Part shown: positions 10,784 to 22,286 of the stretch, piece by piece
Layout: each line of letters opens with the position of its first letter
How positions within the stretch are numbered: the stretch's first letter is position 1
Source: Desulfurococcaceae archaeon
GTDB taxonomy: Archaea > Thermoproteota > Thermoprotei_A > Sulfolobales > NBVN01
NCBI GenBank assembly: GCA_020832985.1
Contig: JAJHRE010000002.1
Span: 22,991 to 86,990, forward strand
DNA: 64,000 nucleotides
Reading direction: 5' to 3'
Translations under genes and position numbers: made by a program
The notes under the pieces: model-generated
Told to the model about the DNA's origin: nothing
The model's input: only the letters and a program-made list of their open reading frames with translations
The model's database searches: none

Positions 10784-11500
10784 TTGTTGAGTAGGTTATT
10801 AGATCTGATTAGGAGTGGTAGGGGTAGGGTTATAGTAGCTGTTGATGACCCACTAATAACTCTGAGTAGGTTTAAGGAGTTAGTTATGAAGACTAAAGAT
10901 GTTGTCTCAGGGTTTAAGTTAGGTCTACCCTATATATTGAGTTACGGCTTAGATAGTATTAGGTCTGTTATAACTGATTTCAGAGATACTTACTATATAG
11001 CTGATTTGAAATTAGCTGATATCGACGTCGTTATGAGTTTAACTACTAAGGTGGTATGTAGGGTAGGTTTTAACGGAGTCATAGCTCACGGATTTGTAGG
11101 TCTTAAGGGTGGTTTAGACGGTTTAAAGAGTGTTTGTGATGAGTTAGGTGTTGACTTATATATAGTTACGTCTATGTCACACCTAGGTAGTACTGAGATC
11201 TATGACTTAGTCATTGATAAGGTATTAAGTGTTGTTGAAGGTTTAAGACCTACAGGTGTTATAGCACCAGCTACTAGACCTGAAGTCATTAGGAGGGTTA
11301 GGAGTTACTTAGGACGTACATACTTAATACTATCACCTGGTGTTGGTGCTCAAGGCGCTTCACCAGGGTCAGCTATATGTGCTGGTGCTGACTTAGAGAT
11401 TGTTGGTAGAGCTATAACCTCATCTCAAGACTTTGTTAAAGCTTCTGAAGAAGTAATTAAATCACAGCTTAAGTACTTAGAAGTTAGTAGGTGTTACTGA
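10784..11500 (+). CDS. pyrF: Orotidine-5'-phosphate decarboxylase
   Basis: ADLKLADI, SPGVGAQG, IVGRAI. Confidence 0.95.
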   Translation: MLSRLLDLIRSGRGRVIVAVDDPLITLSRFKELVMKTKDVVSGFKLGLPYILSYGLDSIRSVITDFRDTYYIADLKLADIDVVMSLTTKVVCRVGFNGVIAHGFVGLKGGLDGLKSVCDELGVDLYIVTSMSHLGSTEIYDLVIDKVLSVVEGLRPTGVIAPATRPEVIRRVRSYLGRTYLILSPGVGAQGASPGSAICAGADLEIVGRAITSSQDFVKASEEVIKSQLKYLEVSRCY

Positions 11501-11501
11501 G

Positions 11502-12098
11502 TTGTTAGAGGATATAGTCTTAAACCTATATAGGGTTGGAGTGATTAGGTTCGGAGACTTCATACTAGCTTCAGGTAGGAGGAGTCAGTACTACTTCGAC
11601 TTCAGGATACTGCCGTCATACCCTGAACTCTACTCTAAAGTCATTAACTTATGGTTAGATACCTTAAGGAGTTATGATTTAAGATTTGATGGTGTTGTAG
11701 GTATTGCTTCCGCAGGTATAGTTCATGCTGCAGTACTAGGATTCCTTATGAGGAAGCCTGTAGGTTACGTTAGAGCTGAGAGGAAGGACCACGGTACTAG
11801 TAAGTTAGTTGAGGGGGATCTTAAAGGTCTTAAAGTTATCGTAGTTGATGATGTAGTAACTACTGGAGGTACTTTAACGAGGGCTTACAACATACTTAAG
11901 GAGGAGGGTATTGACGTAGTAGCTTTCTCAGTAATCCTAGACCGTGAGGAAGGTGCTACAGAGAGTTTAAAGTCTTTAGGTATACCGTTAATACCGCTTA
12001 TGAGGACTTCACAAGTGTTTAGGATTCTTAAGGATTTAAATGTGATTAGTGATGAACTCTACAGCACATTAACCAAGCACTTAGGTAGTCCTAAATGA
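11502..12098 (+). CDS. pyrE: Orotate phosphoribosyltransferase
   Basis: FILASGRRSQYY, VRAERKDHG, VVDDVVTTGGT. Confidence 0.95.
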   Translation: MLEDIVLNLYRVGVIRFGDFILASGRRSQYYFDFRILPSYPELYSKVINLWLDTLRSYDLRFDGVVGIASAGIVHAAVLGFLMRKPVGYVRAERKDHGTSKLVEGDLKGLKVIVVDDVVTTGGTLTRAYNILKEEGIDVVAFSVILDREEGATESLKSLGIPLIPLMRTSQVFRILKDLNVISDELYSTLTKHLGSPK

Positions 12099-12829
12099 TA
12101 CCTTCTAAAGTAGTTGAGAAGGTAGTTGTTTGTAGGGACGTAGCTCATATATACTTAAAGTTACTTAAGCCTATTGTTAAACCAACACCAGGTCAGTTCG
12201 TTATGGTTTGGGTACCTGGTTATGAGGAAATACCTATGAGTGTTAGTGATTTTAGTGACGACATCTTAAGAATTACCGTTAAGTGTAGGGGGCCTACAAC
12301 TAATTACTTAGTTAGGGAGTTACCAGTAGGTAGTTACTTAGGTGTTAGAGGTCCTTACGGTAAGGGAGTTACTGAAGATTTAATTAGTGGTAAGGGTCTC
12401 TTCATCGTTGGCGGTATAGGTATTGCCCCAATACTCTACCTAGTTAAGTACTATAGGGAGTTGATTAAAGGTTCTAAACTATTAGCAGGCTTCGTAAGTA
12501 GGGATGAGTCTAAAGTTACTGATGAATTAATTAATTACTTAGAAGTAGATATGGTTTCTGAAGATGTTGATGGTGCTACAGTTATTGACCTACTTAAGAA
12601 GTACTTACCAAGTATTAACAACTACGACTACTACCTGGTATCAGGACCTAAAGCAGTATTAGACCAGGTAGTTAATTTAGTAGGGGATAGCTTGAGGGGT
12701 TACGTACTTACTGAGTCTTTAATGAAGTGTGGTTTAGGTTTCTGCGGTTCATGTGCTTTAAAAGACTTTTTAGTTTGTAGAGATGGTACTTTAGTAGATG
12801 CTAGTAGGTATAGGTGGTTGATATCTTGA
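12095..12829 (+). CDS. pyrK: Dihydroorotate dehydrogenase electron transfer subunit
   Basis: PGQFVMVW, RGPYGKG, GGIGIAP, MKCGLGFCGSC...C 2Fe-2S motif. Confidence 0.92.
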   Translation: MIPSKVVEKVVVCRDVAHIYLKLLKPIVKPTPGQFVMVWVPGYEEIPMSVSDFSDDILRITVKCRGPTTNYLVRELPVGSYLGVRGPYGKGVTEDLISGKGLFIVGGIGIAPILYLVKYYRELIKGSKLLAGFVSRDESKVTDELINYLEVDMVSEDVDGATVIDLLKKYLPSINNYDYYLVSGPKAVLDQVVNLVGDSLRGYVLTESLMKCGLGFCGSCALKDFLVCRDGTLVDASRYRWLIS

Positions 12830-14094
12830 TCGATAAAGTCTTCTACATAAGGACTTTAATTAACGGTTCAGTATCAGAGTTAACACTCTATGTAGGTGAT
12901 GACGGGTTTATTAAGAAGGTTAGTTATGGTAGGGAGTTAGTCAGCGGTTATGAAGTTATAGACCTATGTAGGGGTAGGCAAATAACCTTGCCTGGTTTTA
13001 TAGATCTACACGTACATTTAAGGGATTTTAAACTTAGTTATAAGGAGGATATAGTTAGTGGTTCTTCAGCAGCTGCTTCAGCAGGTTATGTATTGGTTTG
13101 TGATATGCCTAATACAAACCCACGTATAGATAATGCCGAGGTACTTAAGATGAGGGTTGAGGAAGCTTTGAGGAAGTCTTACGTGGATTACGGAGTATAC
13201 TGCGGTATACCTAGTGAGGCTAGAGTAGTTAATGACTTATTAAGTCTTAAGAACTTATTTGTAGGTTTTAAGATATACCCTGAGGACTTAGCAGATAGAT
13301 TTGCAGTTATTAAGTACTTATTAAGTGTTTATGACGGCTTAGTAGTAGTACATGGTGAATTACCTGAGTATGCTTTAAGACCTTCAATACGTGATTTAAG
13401 TCTCAGATATTTAGATAGGCCTTCATGGGGTGAGTTAGTAGTTGCTAACATACTATCAAGTATTAATAAGGCATCTAAGATACATATAACACATGCTTCA
13501 CACCCATCAACACCATACTTATGTAGGTCTCTAGGCTTTACAGTTGATACAACACCATATTACTTCCTATTAAGTAGTGATGATGTTAGGGATTGTTGGA
13601 GTAAGGTTAACCCACCGATTAACGACTTCGTAAGTAAGACGTTAGTATTCAGTAACGTGGTTAAGGGTGTTTACGACGCTATAGTCAGTGATCACGCACC
13701 ACATTCTGTTGAGGAGAAGTTAAGTGATTGGAGGTTATGTCCTTCAGGTATTACAGGTGTTGAAGTTAGTAGTAGGGTGTTGCTGACGTTATTTGTTAAA
13801 GGATTCATAAGTTATGAGTTACTTATTAAGTACTTATGTAGAGGTCCTGCTAAGGTCTTAGGTATCGATGACTTCTTAGGTAGTTTAAGTAGTGGTTTTA
13901 GAGCTTCATTCACCGTCATAGACTTTAGTAGGGAGGGTATAGCGTATACTAGGTATTCTAAAGCTCTTAAGTCATGTCTTGACGGTTTTAGATATGTTGG
14001 TGAGGTTGTTAAGACTGTAGTCGGTGGTACTTTAGTATTTGATGAGGGTGTGTTTAATAAGCCTAAGGTGGTGGTACTTGGTAGTAAGTCTTGA
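12814..14094 (+). CDS. pyrC: Dihydroorotase
   Basis: PGFIDLHVHLR, DMPNTNP, KVNPP, SDHAPH. Confidence 0.93.
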   Translation: MVDILIDKVFYIRTLINGSVSELTLYVGDDGFIKKVSYGRELVSGYEVIDLCRGRQITLPGFIDLHVHLRDFKLSYKEDIVSGSSAAASAGYVLVCDMPNTNPRIDNAEVLKMRVEEALRKSYVDYGVYCGIPSEARVVNDLLSLKNLFVGFKIYPEDLADRFAVIKYLLSVYDGLVVVHGELPEYALRPSIRDLSLRYLDRPSWGELVVANILSSINKASKIHITHASHPSTPYLCRSLGFTVDTTPYYFLLSSDDVRDCWSKVNPPINDFVSKTLVFSNVVKGVYDAIVSDHAPHSVEEKLSDWRLCPSGITGVEVSSRVLLTLFVKGFISYELLIKYLCRGPAKVLGIDDFLGSLSSGFRASFTVIDFSREGIAYTRYSKALKSCLDGFRYVGEVVKTVVGGTLVFDEGVFNKPKVVVLGSKS

Positions 14095-14995
14095 GGTCTT
14101 AGTAGGTGGTTTAAGACTTAAGCACCCTGTAATGGTCGGTTCTGGAGTCTTAGGTGATAAGCCTGAATTGATTGAGAGGTTAGTTAGGGAGGGTGATCCA
14201 TCAGCAGTTGTTACTAAGACATTAACTAAGTATAGACGTGAGGGTTACCTACCACCAATAATAGTTGAATTAGGTTGTGACTCATACCTAAATGCTGTAG
14301 GTCTAGCGAATCCAGGTATTGAAGTAGTTAATGACTTAGTTAGTGTTGGTTTAAGATATGGTATACCGGTAGTAGTTAGTATTGCAGGTAGTAGTATTGA
14401 TGAGTTTGTAGAGTTAGGTATTAAGGCTGAGTTAGGTAAGGCATCAGCTATAGAGTTAAACCTTAGCTGCCCACATGTTAAGGGGTTAGGTGCTGAGTTA
14501 GGTAGGGATCCACAAACGACTTATGAGGTTGTAAGGAATGTTAAGTCAGTAGTTAAAATACCTGTATGGGTTAAGTTAGGTCCTTGGGATAACGTAGTTG
14601 AAGTAGCTTCTAAATCATTAAGTGCAGGAGCTAACGCATTAGTACTGATAAATACCTTAAGGGGTATGAAGATAGATATATACAGTAGGAAACCAATACT
14701 AACAGCACGTGTTGGAGGCCTATCAGGGAAAGCACTACACCCAGTAGCTGTTAGAGTGATCTACGAAGTATATAAAGAATTAAAATGTGATATAGTCGGA
14801 GTTGGCGGTGTCCTAAATCATGAAACAGCAATAGAACTAATACTAGCAGGGGCAAAAGCAGTACAGGTAGTATCAGCATTAATTAAAAATCCACCAACAG
14901 TAATAAAGGAAATCGTAAACTCAATATCAAACTACATGAACGAAATAGACATTAAAGACATAAAACATTTAGTAGGAGCAGTAACGCATGATTAA
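14039..14995 (+). CDS. pyrD: Dihydroorotate dehydrogenase family 1B (true start probably TTG ~14078)
   Basis: NAVGLANPG, ELNLSCPH, INTL, GGLSG. Confidence 0.94.
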   Translation: MMRVCLISLRWWYLVVSLEVLVGGLRLKHPVMVGSGVLGDKPELIERLVREGDPSAVVTKTLTKYRREGYLPPIIVELGCDSYLNAVGLANPGIEVVNDLVSVGLRYGIPVVVSIAGSSIDEFVELGIKAELGKASAIELNLSCPHVKGLGAELGRDPQTTYEVVRNVKSVVKIPVWVKLGPWDNVVEVASKSLSAGANALVLINTLRGMKIDIYSRKPILTARVGGLSGKALHPVAVRVIYEVYKELKCDIVGVGGVLNHETAIELILAGAKAVQVVSALIKNPPTVIKEIVNSISNYMNEIDIKDIKHLVGAVTHD

Positions 14996-15141
14996 CCTAA
15001 CTACATAACATTAATTCCCTCCTAATCTCATTCAAAACTCTTGATGAATTAGTAAAACAATAAAGTTCAAGAACTACTACCTAAGCTTTTCAATAGGTTA
15101 TTCCTTAGATATTATGCTACTTACGGTTTAGAATTACGGTG

Positions 15142-15942
15142 TTAAGTGTTTTCTACTAGGTATTTCATCAACTTTTCTACTAGTTCTTTAGGTATTTCTA
15201 GTGATTGTGTTAGTGCTGTGTCTGTACATACTGTTGTATGTGTTATGTCTGCACTTACCTTACCTGTGGTTATGTTCTTCACTACACATCTCCATTTGAT
15301 TGACTTACTTCCTATGTTTTCAACCCATACATATAGTTCTAAGTCGTTATCTAATCTTGAGGGTGTTAATACTTTATAACTTACTTCAGTGGTAGGTATG
15401 AAAATCCCGTACTCATGTATTAATCTACTATAGCTGAATCCTAGATTAGCTAGTAGTTCTGACCAAGCCCTCTCACAAAATCTTAAGTAGTTAGTGTAGT
15501 GTACTACTTGTAGGTAGTCAGTATCAGCTAATGTAGTCCTAACTCTGTAGACGTAAGCATTATCAGGTATTTTAAAACCTTCCTCACTAACCACCTCGAA
15601 ATCCTTCCTCTGATTCTCTAACATTCTTAAGTACTTCCTAACATCAATACCTAATGAGTTAACCACGTTCTTAAACTCCTCAATAGCTTTCTCCCTAGCT
15701 GTAGACTCATCTAAACCATCACTAACATAGTTACTTACCTGTAATTCTGTTAACGCAGCTAAGTTACTTATTACTTCATCCTCACTTAACTTACCAACTA
15801 TTAAACCTGCATGAACTACAACATAATCACCTACCTCAACGCCATCAACACCAACTACAGTATCTACTATAGTACCACCTATATTCACCTTAGCATACAT
15901 ACCGTCAACCTCAACAACCCTACCTGGAGTACCCCAACACAT
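15142..15942 (-). CDS. hypC: HypC hydrogenase maturation chaperone fused to a C-terminal hotdog-fold acyl-CoA thioesterase (YbgC/4HBT-like)
   Basis: N-terminus MCWGTPGRVV...VGDYVVVHAG (HypC). C-terminus ADTDYLQVVHYTNYLRFCERA (YbgC-type DTD..VV..NY..F.E). One uninterrupted 266-aa frame directly after hypD. Confidence 0.88.
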   Translation of the reverse strand: MCWGTPGRVVEVDGMYAKVNIGGTIVDTVVGVDGVEVGDYVVVHAGLIVGKLSEDEVISNLAALTELQVSNYVSDGLDESTAREKAIEEFKNVVNSLGIDVRKYLRMLENQRKDFEVVSEEGFKIPDNAYVYRVRTTLADTDYLQVVHYTNYLRFCERAWSELLANLGFSYSRLIHEYGIFIPTTEVSYKVLTPSRLDNDLELYVWVENIGSKSIKWRCVVKNITTGKVSADITHTTVCTDTALTQSLEIPKELVEKLMKYLVENT

Positions 15943-15943
15943 C

Positions 15944-17140
15944 CTAGACCCCCCTAACTAACTCTACACCACCATATAAAGCCCAGATCCTACATGTCCC
16001 TTCAGAGGAGACCATACAAGGACCTAAAGGTGATTCAGGCTTACATACCTTCATAAATAACGGACATTTAGTAGGTTTCTCAATACCTAATACGACCTCA
16101 CCACACCTACACCCAGGAGGTAACTCCCTCTCATAGGGGTTTGAAGTAGCTGTAGTTAATACGTAGTCAGTAGGTTTAGGTACCCTCAACTTAAACTCCT
16201 TAACAGCATCATACCTACTATAACCATCCCTTAACTCTAAACCACTCTTAGGTACGTAGCCGATACCTCTCCAAGCAGCGTTAACGGCTTCGAAGACCTC
16301 ATCAATTACCTTCTTAGCCGTTAAATTACCCTCCCACCTCACCAACCTACTATACTCAATACTAACTCCTGGCCTACCATCAACTAACATCTTAAGTATC
16401 CTAGCTACAGCTACTAAAACATCAATAGGTTCGAAACCAGTAACTACTGTAGGTATTTTAAACTCCTTAGGTAGGAATTCCCAAGCCATACCGCCAACAA
16501 TAGCTGATACATGTCCAGGAGCTATAACACCTCTAATAGGCATTAAACCCCTCTCCCTAAACAACTTAATCACATACCTCATAACTGGTGGTGTAAGTCT
16601 TAAAGCACTTAATAACTTTAGATTCTCAGGTACCTCACCAGACTTAATAAGTAATGCGTATGAAGGTGCTGTAGTTTCAAAACCAATACCGAAGAATACC
16701 GAGTCCCTACCGTACTCCTTAGCATCCTTAACAGCCTCTAAGAAACTATAGACGACCTTAACATTACCACCTAATGCTTGAGCTTCAGCTAAGTTCTTAG
16801 GAGTCTTACCAGTAGTTGTAGGTAGTTTATAAGCGTCACCGAATGTGTAAATCCTAATACCTTCTAGAGAAAGTCTAACTAACTCATCAACATATACCCC
16901 AGGAGTTATACATACTGGACATCCAGGACCTGCAACTAATTCAATACCTTCAGGCATTAAAGACCTTAAACCGTAGTACGTAGTGGTCCACTCATGAGTA
17001 CCACAGAAATTCATGATCTTGATAGGACTGCCTAAATCCTGAACCAACTTCTCAGTATAATTACTTATGAGTTTAACTAGGGACCTAGCCAACTCAGCAT
17101 TACTCCTAAATACCTTAGTAATCACTCCCTCAAGATCCAA
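15944..17140 (-). CDS. hypD: Hydrogenase maturation protein HypD
   Basis: CGTHE, GPGCPVC, GFETT, PGHVS, GPCMVSSEGTC. Confidence 0.97.
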   Translation of the reverse strand: MDLEGVITKVFRSNAELARSLVKLISNYTEKLVQDLGSPIKIMNFCGTHEWTTTYYGLRSLMPEGIELVAGPGCPVCITPGVYVDELVRLSLEGIRIYTFGDAYKLPTTTGKTPKNLAEAQALGGNVKVVYSFLEAVKDAKEYGRDSVFFGIGFETTAPSYALLIKSGEVPENLKLLSALRLTPPVMRYVIKLFRERGLMPIRGVIAPGHVSAIVGGMAWEFLPKEFKIPTVVTGFEPIDVLVAVARILKMLVDGRPGVSIEYSRLVRWEGNLTAKKVIDEVFEAVNAAWRGIGYVPKSGLELRDGYSRYDAVKEFKLRVPKPTDYVLTTATSNPYERELPPGCRCGEVVLGIEKPTKCPLFMKVCKPESPLGPCMVSSEGTCRIWALYGGVELVRGV

Positions 17141-17218
17141 TACCCATACCTAAGATACAATTACTAAACACGTACTAAACCTTTAATTACTGAAACACAT
17201 AGATAGTATGGTGTTTCT

Positions 17219-17773
17219 ATGCCTAAATACGCAGTGTTAGTAATTGATATGCTTAAAGACTTCATATACGGTAGCCTAAGGTGTGAGAGAGCTCTACACA
17301 TAATACCTAATATTAAGAAGTTAGTAAGTATTGCTAGGGATTACAGGATCCCAGTAATATATGTTAATGACTCACATATTAAGGGTGTAGATCGTGAACT
17401 TACGCTATGGGGTCCTCACGCAGTTAGAGGTACTGAAGGTTCTGAAGTCATAGATGATTTAAGACCTACTGAGAAAGACTTCATAGTCTTAAAGAGGAGG
17501 TATAGCGGTTTCTTCGAAACTGACTTAGACCTACTTCTTAGGGAGTTAAGTGTTGATACGTTAATACTTACTGGGATACATACCCATATATGCGTAATGC
17601 ATACCGCTGTAGATGCATTCTACAGAGGTTATAACTTAATCATCGTTAAAGACGCTGTAGAAGCATTTAGTGAGGACTACCATAAGTTAGGGCTTGAGTT
17701 CATGGAGAAGCTCTATAGTGCTAAGTTAGTGAATACTGAGGAAGTTATTAAGTTAATCACTATAACGACATGA
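17219..17773 (+). CDS. Isochorismatase/nicotinamidase-family cysteine hydrolase
   Basis: VIDMLKDF, KRRYSGF, THICV catalytic D-K-C triad. Confidence 0.9.
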   Translation: MPKYAVLVIDMLKDFIYGSLRCERALHIIPNIKKLVSIARDYRIPVIYVNDSHIKGVDRELTLWGPHAVRGTEGSEVIDDLRPTEKDFIVLKRRYSGFFETDLDLLLRELSVDTLILTGIHTHICVMHTAVDAFYRGYNLIIVKDAVEAFSEDYHKLGLEFMEKLYSAKLVNTEEVIKLITITT

Positions 17774-17812
17774 GTAAAAATTTAAATTTTAGGTTAAGCA
17801 AGAGTTTTAGGT

Positions 17813-19714
17813 TTGGTTATGACTAGAAGGACTTTAAGTAAGAGGGTTGAGGCTGTAGTTATTACAGTCCTAGCATGTATGGCTATCTACAACATATACG
17901 TATTACTATTCACAGCATATGATGTAATACTCCACATGGTTTTAAATATGGCTTTCGTACTCCCACTAACCTTCATAGTCTACCCAGCAAGGAAGAAAGA
18001 CGTTAATAGAATCCCTTGGTATGATTACTTACTAGCTATAGTCTCTGCAATACCACCTATAATCCTATACCTCCACCCACCATGGATTTACGAGAGGATG
18101 TGGTTTGCAACGGCTTTAACAACCGAGCAGTTAATACTAGGTATTATATTTATGGTTACTGTGATTGAAGCTACTAGGAGGACTAGCGGTCTAGTAATAA
18201 CGTTGTTAGTGGTATTCTTCTTAATATACTTATATATAGGTCCATACATACCCGACCCATTCAGACATAGAGGTATGAGGTTTGATAGAATCATAGAACT
18301 CAACTACCTAACCTCATACGGGACCTTCACAACACCTCTCCAGGTAATGTCTACTTATGTTATAGCTTTTACTATTTTAGGTGCTTTCTTTTCTGAGGCT
18401 GGTGTTGGTAGGTTTTTTATAGATCTTGCTAAGGCTTTAGTTGGTAGGTTGGTTGGTGGTCCTGCTAAGATTGCTGTTGTTGCATCATCATTATTTGGGA
18501 CAATCAGTGGTTCAGCACCAGCGAATGTCTACGGTACTGGTATTGTTACTATACCTACTATGAAGTCTTTAGGTTATCCAGCATATTTTGCAGGTGCTGT
18601 TGAGGCTGTATCATCTACTGGTGGTCAGATTATGCCTCCTGTAATGGGTGCTGCAGCATTCGTAATGGCTGAATTACTAAACGTACCATACGCTAGGATA
18701 ATGATTGCAGCAATAATACCAGCACTACTATACTACTTAGGGGTTTACGTACAGGTACATTATTTCTCATTAAAACACGGTTTAAGAGGACTACCACCAG
18801 ATCAAGTACCTAGTCTTAAGAATGTTCTTAAGGAGAGGGGTTATATGTTAATACCTATGGCAGTACTTGTTTATATAGTTGCAGTACTTATGTGGTCACC
18901 AGTAACAGCAGCATTCATAGCAATGTTCATAACAATAGCTATAAGCTTCATAAAGAGAGAAACATGGATGACACCAAAGAAAATATATAAAGCACTAGCT
19001 AAAGGAGCTGAAGATGCTTTATCCATATTAGTTATAGGTGCTGCTGCTGGTATGGTGATAGGTTCTATATCCTTCTCAGGTACTGGGCTTAGGTTAAGCA
19101 GTATAGTTCTTGAGGCTTCTATGGGTATATTAGTTCTAGCTCTGCTCTATGTTGCACTATTAACGTTAATTATGGGTATGGGTGTACCTACTACAGCTGC
19201 TTATGTGATGACTGCAGCATTATCAGCACCTGCATTATCTAGGTTAGGTGTTGATCCGTTCGTAGCACACTTCTTTATATTTTACTATGCAACTATATCA
19301 GCTATAACACCGCCTGTAGCTTTAGCTGCTTTTGCGGCAGCAACGTTAGCTAAGGATGATCCTATGAAGGTAGGGTTTACAGCTACTAAATTAGGTATTG
19401 CAGCAATAATAGCACCCTTTATACTTATCTTTAAACCAGGACTACTACTAGTCATTAAAGAACCACTACCAATAATCATCGAAAACATAGCAACAGCATT
19501 CATAGCAGTATACGCAATAGCGATGGGAATCGAAGGATACTACAAAACAAACATGAACATCATAGAGAGGTCATTACTAATAATTAGTGGATTACTACTC
19601 TTCGCACCAACTGATTTAACGATAGATTTAATATCTATAGTAATAATAATCGCTGTATTGTTAATACATAGAAGGAGAGCAAATAAGACAAGAACTCCTA
19701 ATCAGAAGATGTAA
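17813..19714 (+). CDS. TRAP transporter fused permease (4TM/12TM, TAXI-type)
   Basis: GGPAKIAVVASSLFGTISGS, GGQIMPPVMGAAAF, GMGVPTTAAY, ITPPVALAAF. Confidence 0.92.
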   Translation: MVMTRRTLSKRVEAVVITVLACMAIYNIYVLLFTAYDVILHMVLNMAFVLPLTFIVYPARKKDVNRIPWYDYLLAIVSAIPPIILYLHPPWIYERMWFATALTTEQLILGIIFMVTVIEATRRTSGLVITLLVVFFLIYLYIGPYIPDPFRHRGMRFDRIIELNYLTSYGTFTTPLQVMSTYVIAFTILGAFFSEAGVGRFFIDLAKALVGRLVGGPAKIAVVASSLFGTISGSAPANVYGTGIVTIPTMKSLGYPAYFAGAVEAVSSTGGQIMPPVMGAAAFVMAELLNVPYARIMIAAIIPALLYYLGVYVQVHYFSLKHGLRGLPPDQVPSLKNVLKERGYMLIPMAVLVYIVAVLMWSPVTAAFIAMFITIAISFIKRETWMTPKKIYKALAKGAEDALSILVIGAAAGMVIGSISFSGTGLRLSSIVLEASMGILVLALLYVALLTLIMGMGVPTTAAYVMTAALSAPALSRLGVDPFVAHFFIFYYATISAITPPVALAAFAAATLAKDDPMKVGFTATKLGIAAIIAPFILIFKPGLLLVIKEPLPIIIENIATAFIAVYAIAMGIEGYYKTNMNIIERSLLIISGLLLFAPTDLTIDLISIVIIIAVLLIHRRRANKTRTPNQKM

Positions 19715-19746
19715 ATATTTTTAACTACTAATTAAATTCTCACTCG

Positions 19747-21320
<1,574 letters not shown>

Positions 21321-21361
21321 TTAGTAATTAACATTTTAAAACTAATATATGAAGTATTTTA

Positions 21362-21976
21362 CTGGGATATGTTATAAAGGTATTTAAGGAATCTGTAATT
21401 AGTATAGCTTCATACATAGCGAATTCCGTAAACATCATTAAGGAGTATCAGGTTGAGGACTTCTTAAAGAACCTCATCGAGATCTATAAAGAGGGTAGGA
21501 AGGTATTAGTCGTAGGTGCTGGTAGGTCAGGACTTATTGGTAGGGCTTTTGCTATGAGGTTAATGCATTTAGGTTTTAACGTCTACGTACTCGGGGATAC
21601 CGTAGTACCTCCACTGCGTGCTGGGGATGCTTTAATAGCTATCTCAGGTTCTGGTAGGACTAGGTCCGTAATTACTGTTGCTGAAGCTGCTAAGTCAGTA
21701 GGTGCTAAGGTAATAGCTTTAACCACATATATAAACTCACCACTAGCTAAGCTTTCAGATATTATTGTTGAGATACCTGGGAGGACTAAAGTAAGTAGTG
21801 AGAATGACTACTATACTAGGCAGTTAATAGGTATTTACGAACCGTTAGCACCTCTAGGAACTCTATTTGAGTTAGTAGCTATGGTAGTATTAGATGCTGT
21901 AGTAGCTGAGTTAATGGTTCAACTAGGTAAGACTGAGGAAGACTTAAAGAAACTACATGCGAATATAGAGATTTAA
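21362..21976 (+). CDS. phi: 6-phospho-3-hexuloisomerase (SIS domain); near-cognate start (CTG 21362 or ATA 21374)
   Basis: Frame open from TGA 21350. The conserved VVGAGRSGLIGRAFAMRL lies upstream of the first ATG (21554). ISGSG.T, PLGTLFE and HANIE are present. Confidence 0.88.
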   Translation: MGYVIKVFKESVISIASYIANSVNIIKEYQVEDFLKNLIEIYKEGRKVLVVGAGRSGLIGRAFAMRLMHLGFNVYVLGDTVVPPLRAGDALIAISGSGRTRSVITVAEAAKSVGAKVIALTTYINSPLAKLSDIIVEIPGRTKVSSENDYYTRQLIGIYEPLAPLGTLFELVAMVVLDAVVAELMVQLGKTEEDLKKLHANIEI

Positions 21977-22118
21977 GTAACTTAACAGTGGATCTTCGTA
22001 CTACCTCAGCATCACTTGGTTTGAAGTACGTATAACAACATTCAAATAGGTCTTCATGAGGTGTTAAGGATAGTTTTATAAACTCCACACCATAAAGACT
22101 TCCTTAGGTGTTTAAGGG

Positions 22119-22286
22119 ATGATGCTTAAATGCCCTATATGTGGTGGTAGTGTAGAAGTACCTGACGATGCATTACCTGGGGAGTTAGTAGATCATGATT
22201 GCGGTGTTACTTTAGAAGTAGTTAATGATGGAGGAACTATTAAGTTAAGACCTCTTGAAGGTGTTAGGGAGGATTGGGGAGAGTAA
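22119..22286 (+). CDS. lysW: Amino-group carrier protein LysW (missed by ORF track)
   Basis: Translated: MMLKCPICGGSVEVPDDALPGELVDHDCGVTLEVVNDGGTIKLRPLEGVREDWGE; diagnostic C-terminal EDWGE; overlaps lysX. Confidence 0.96.
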   Translation: MMLKCPICGGSVEVPDDALPGELVDHDCGVTLEVVNDGGTIKLRPLEGVREDWGE

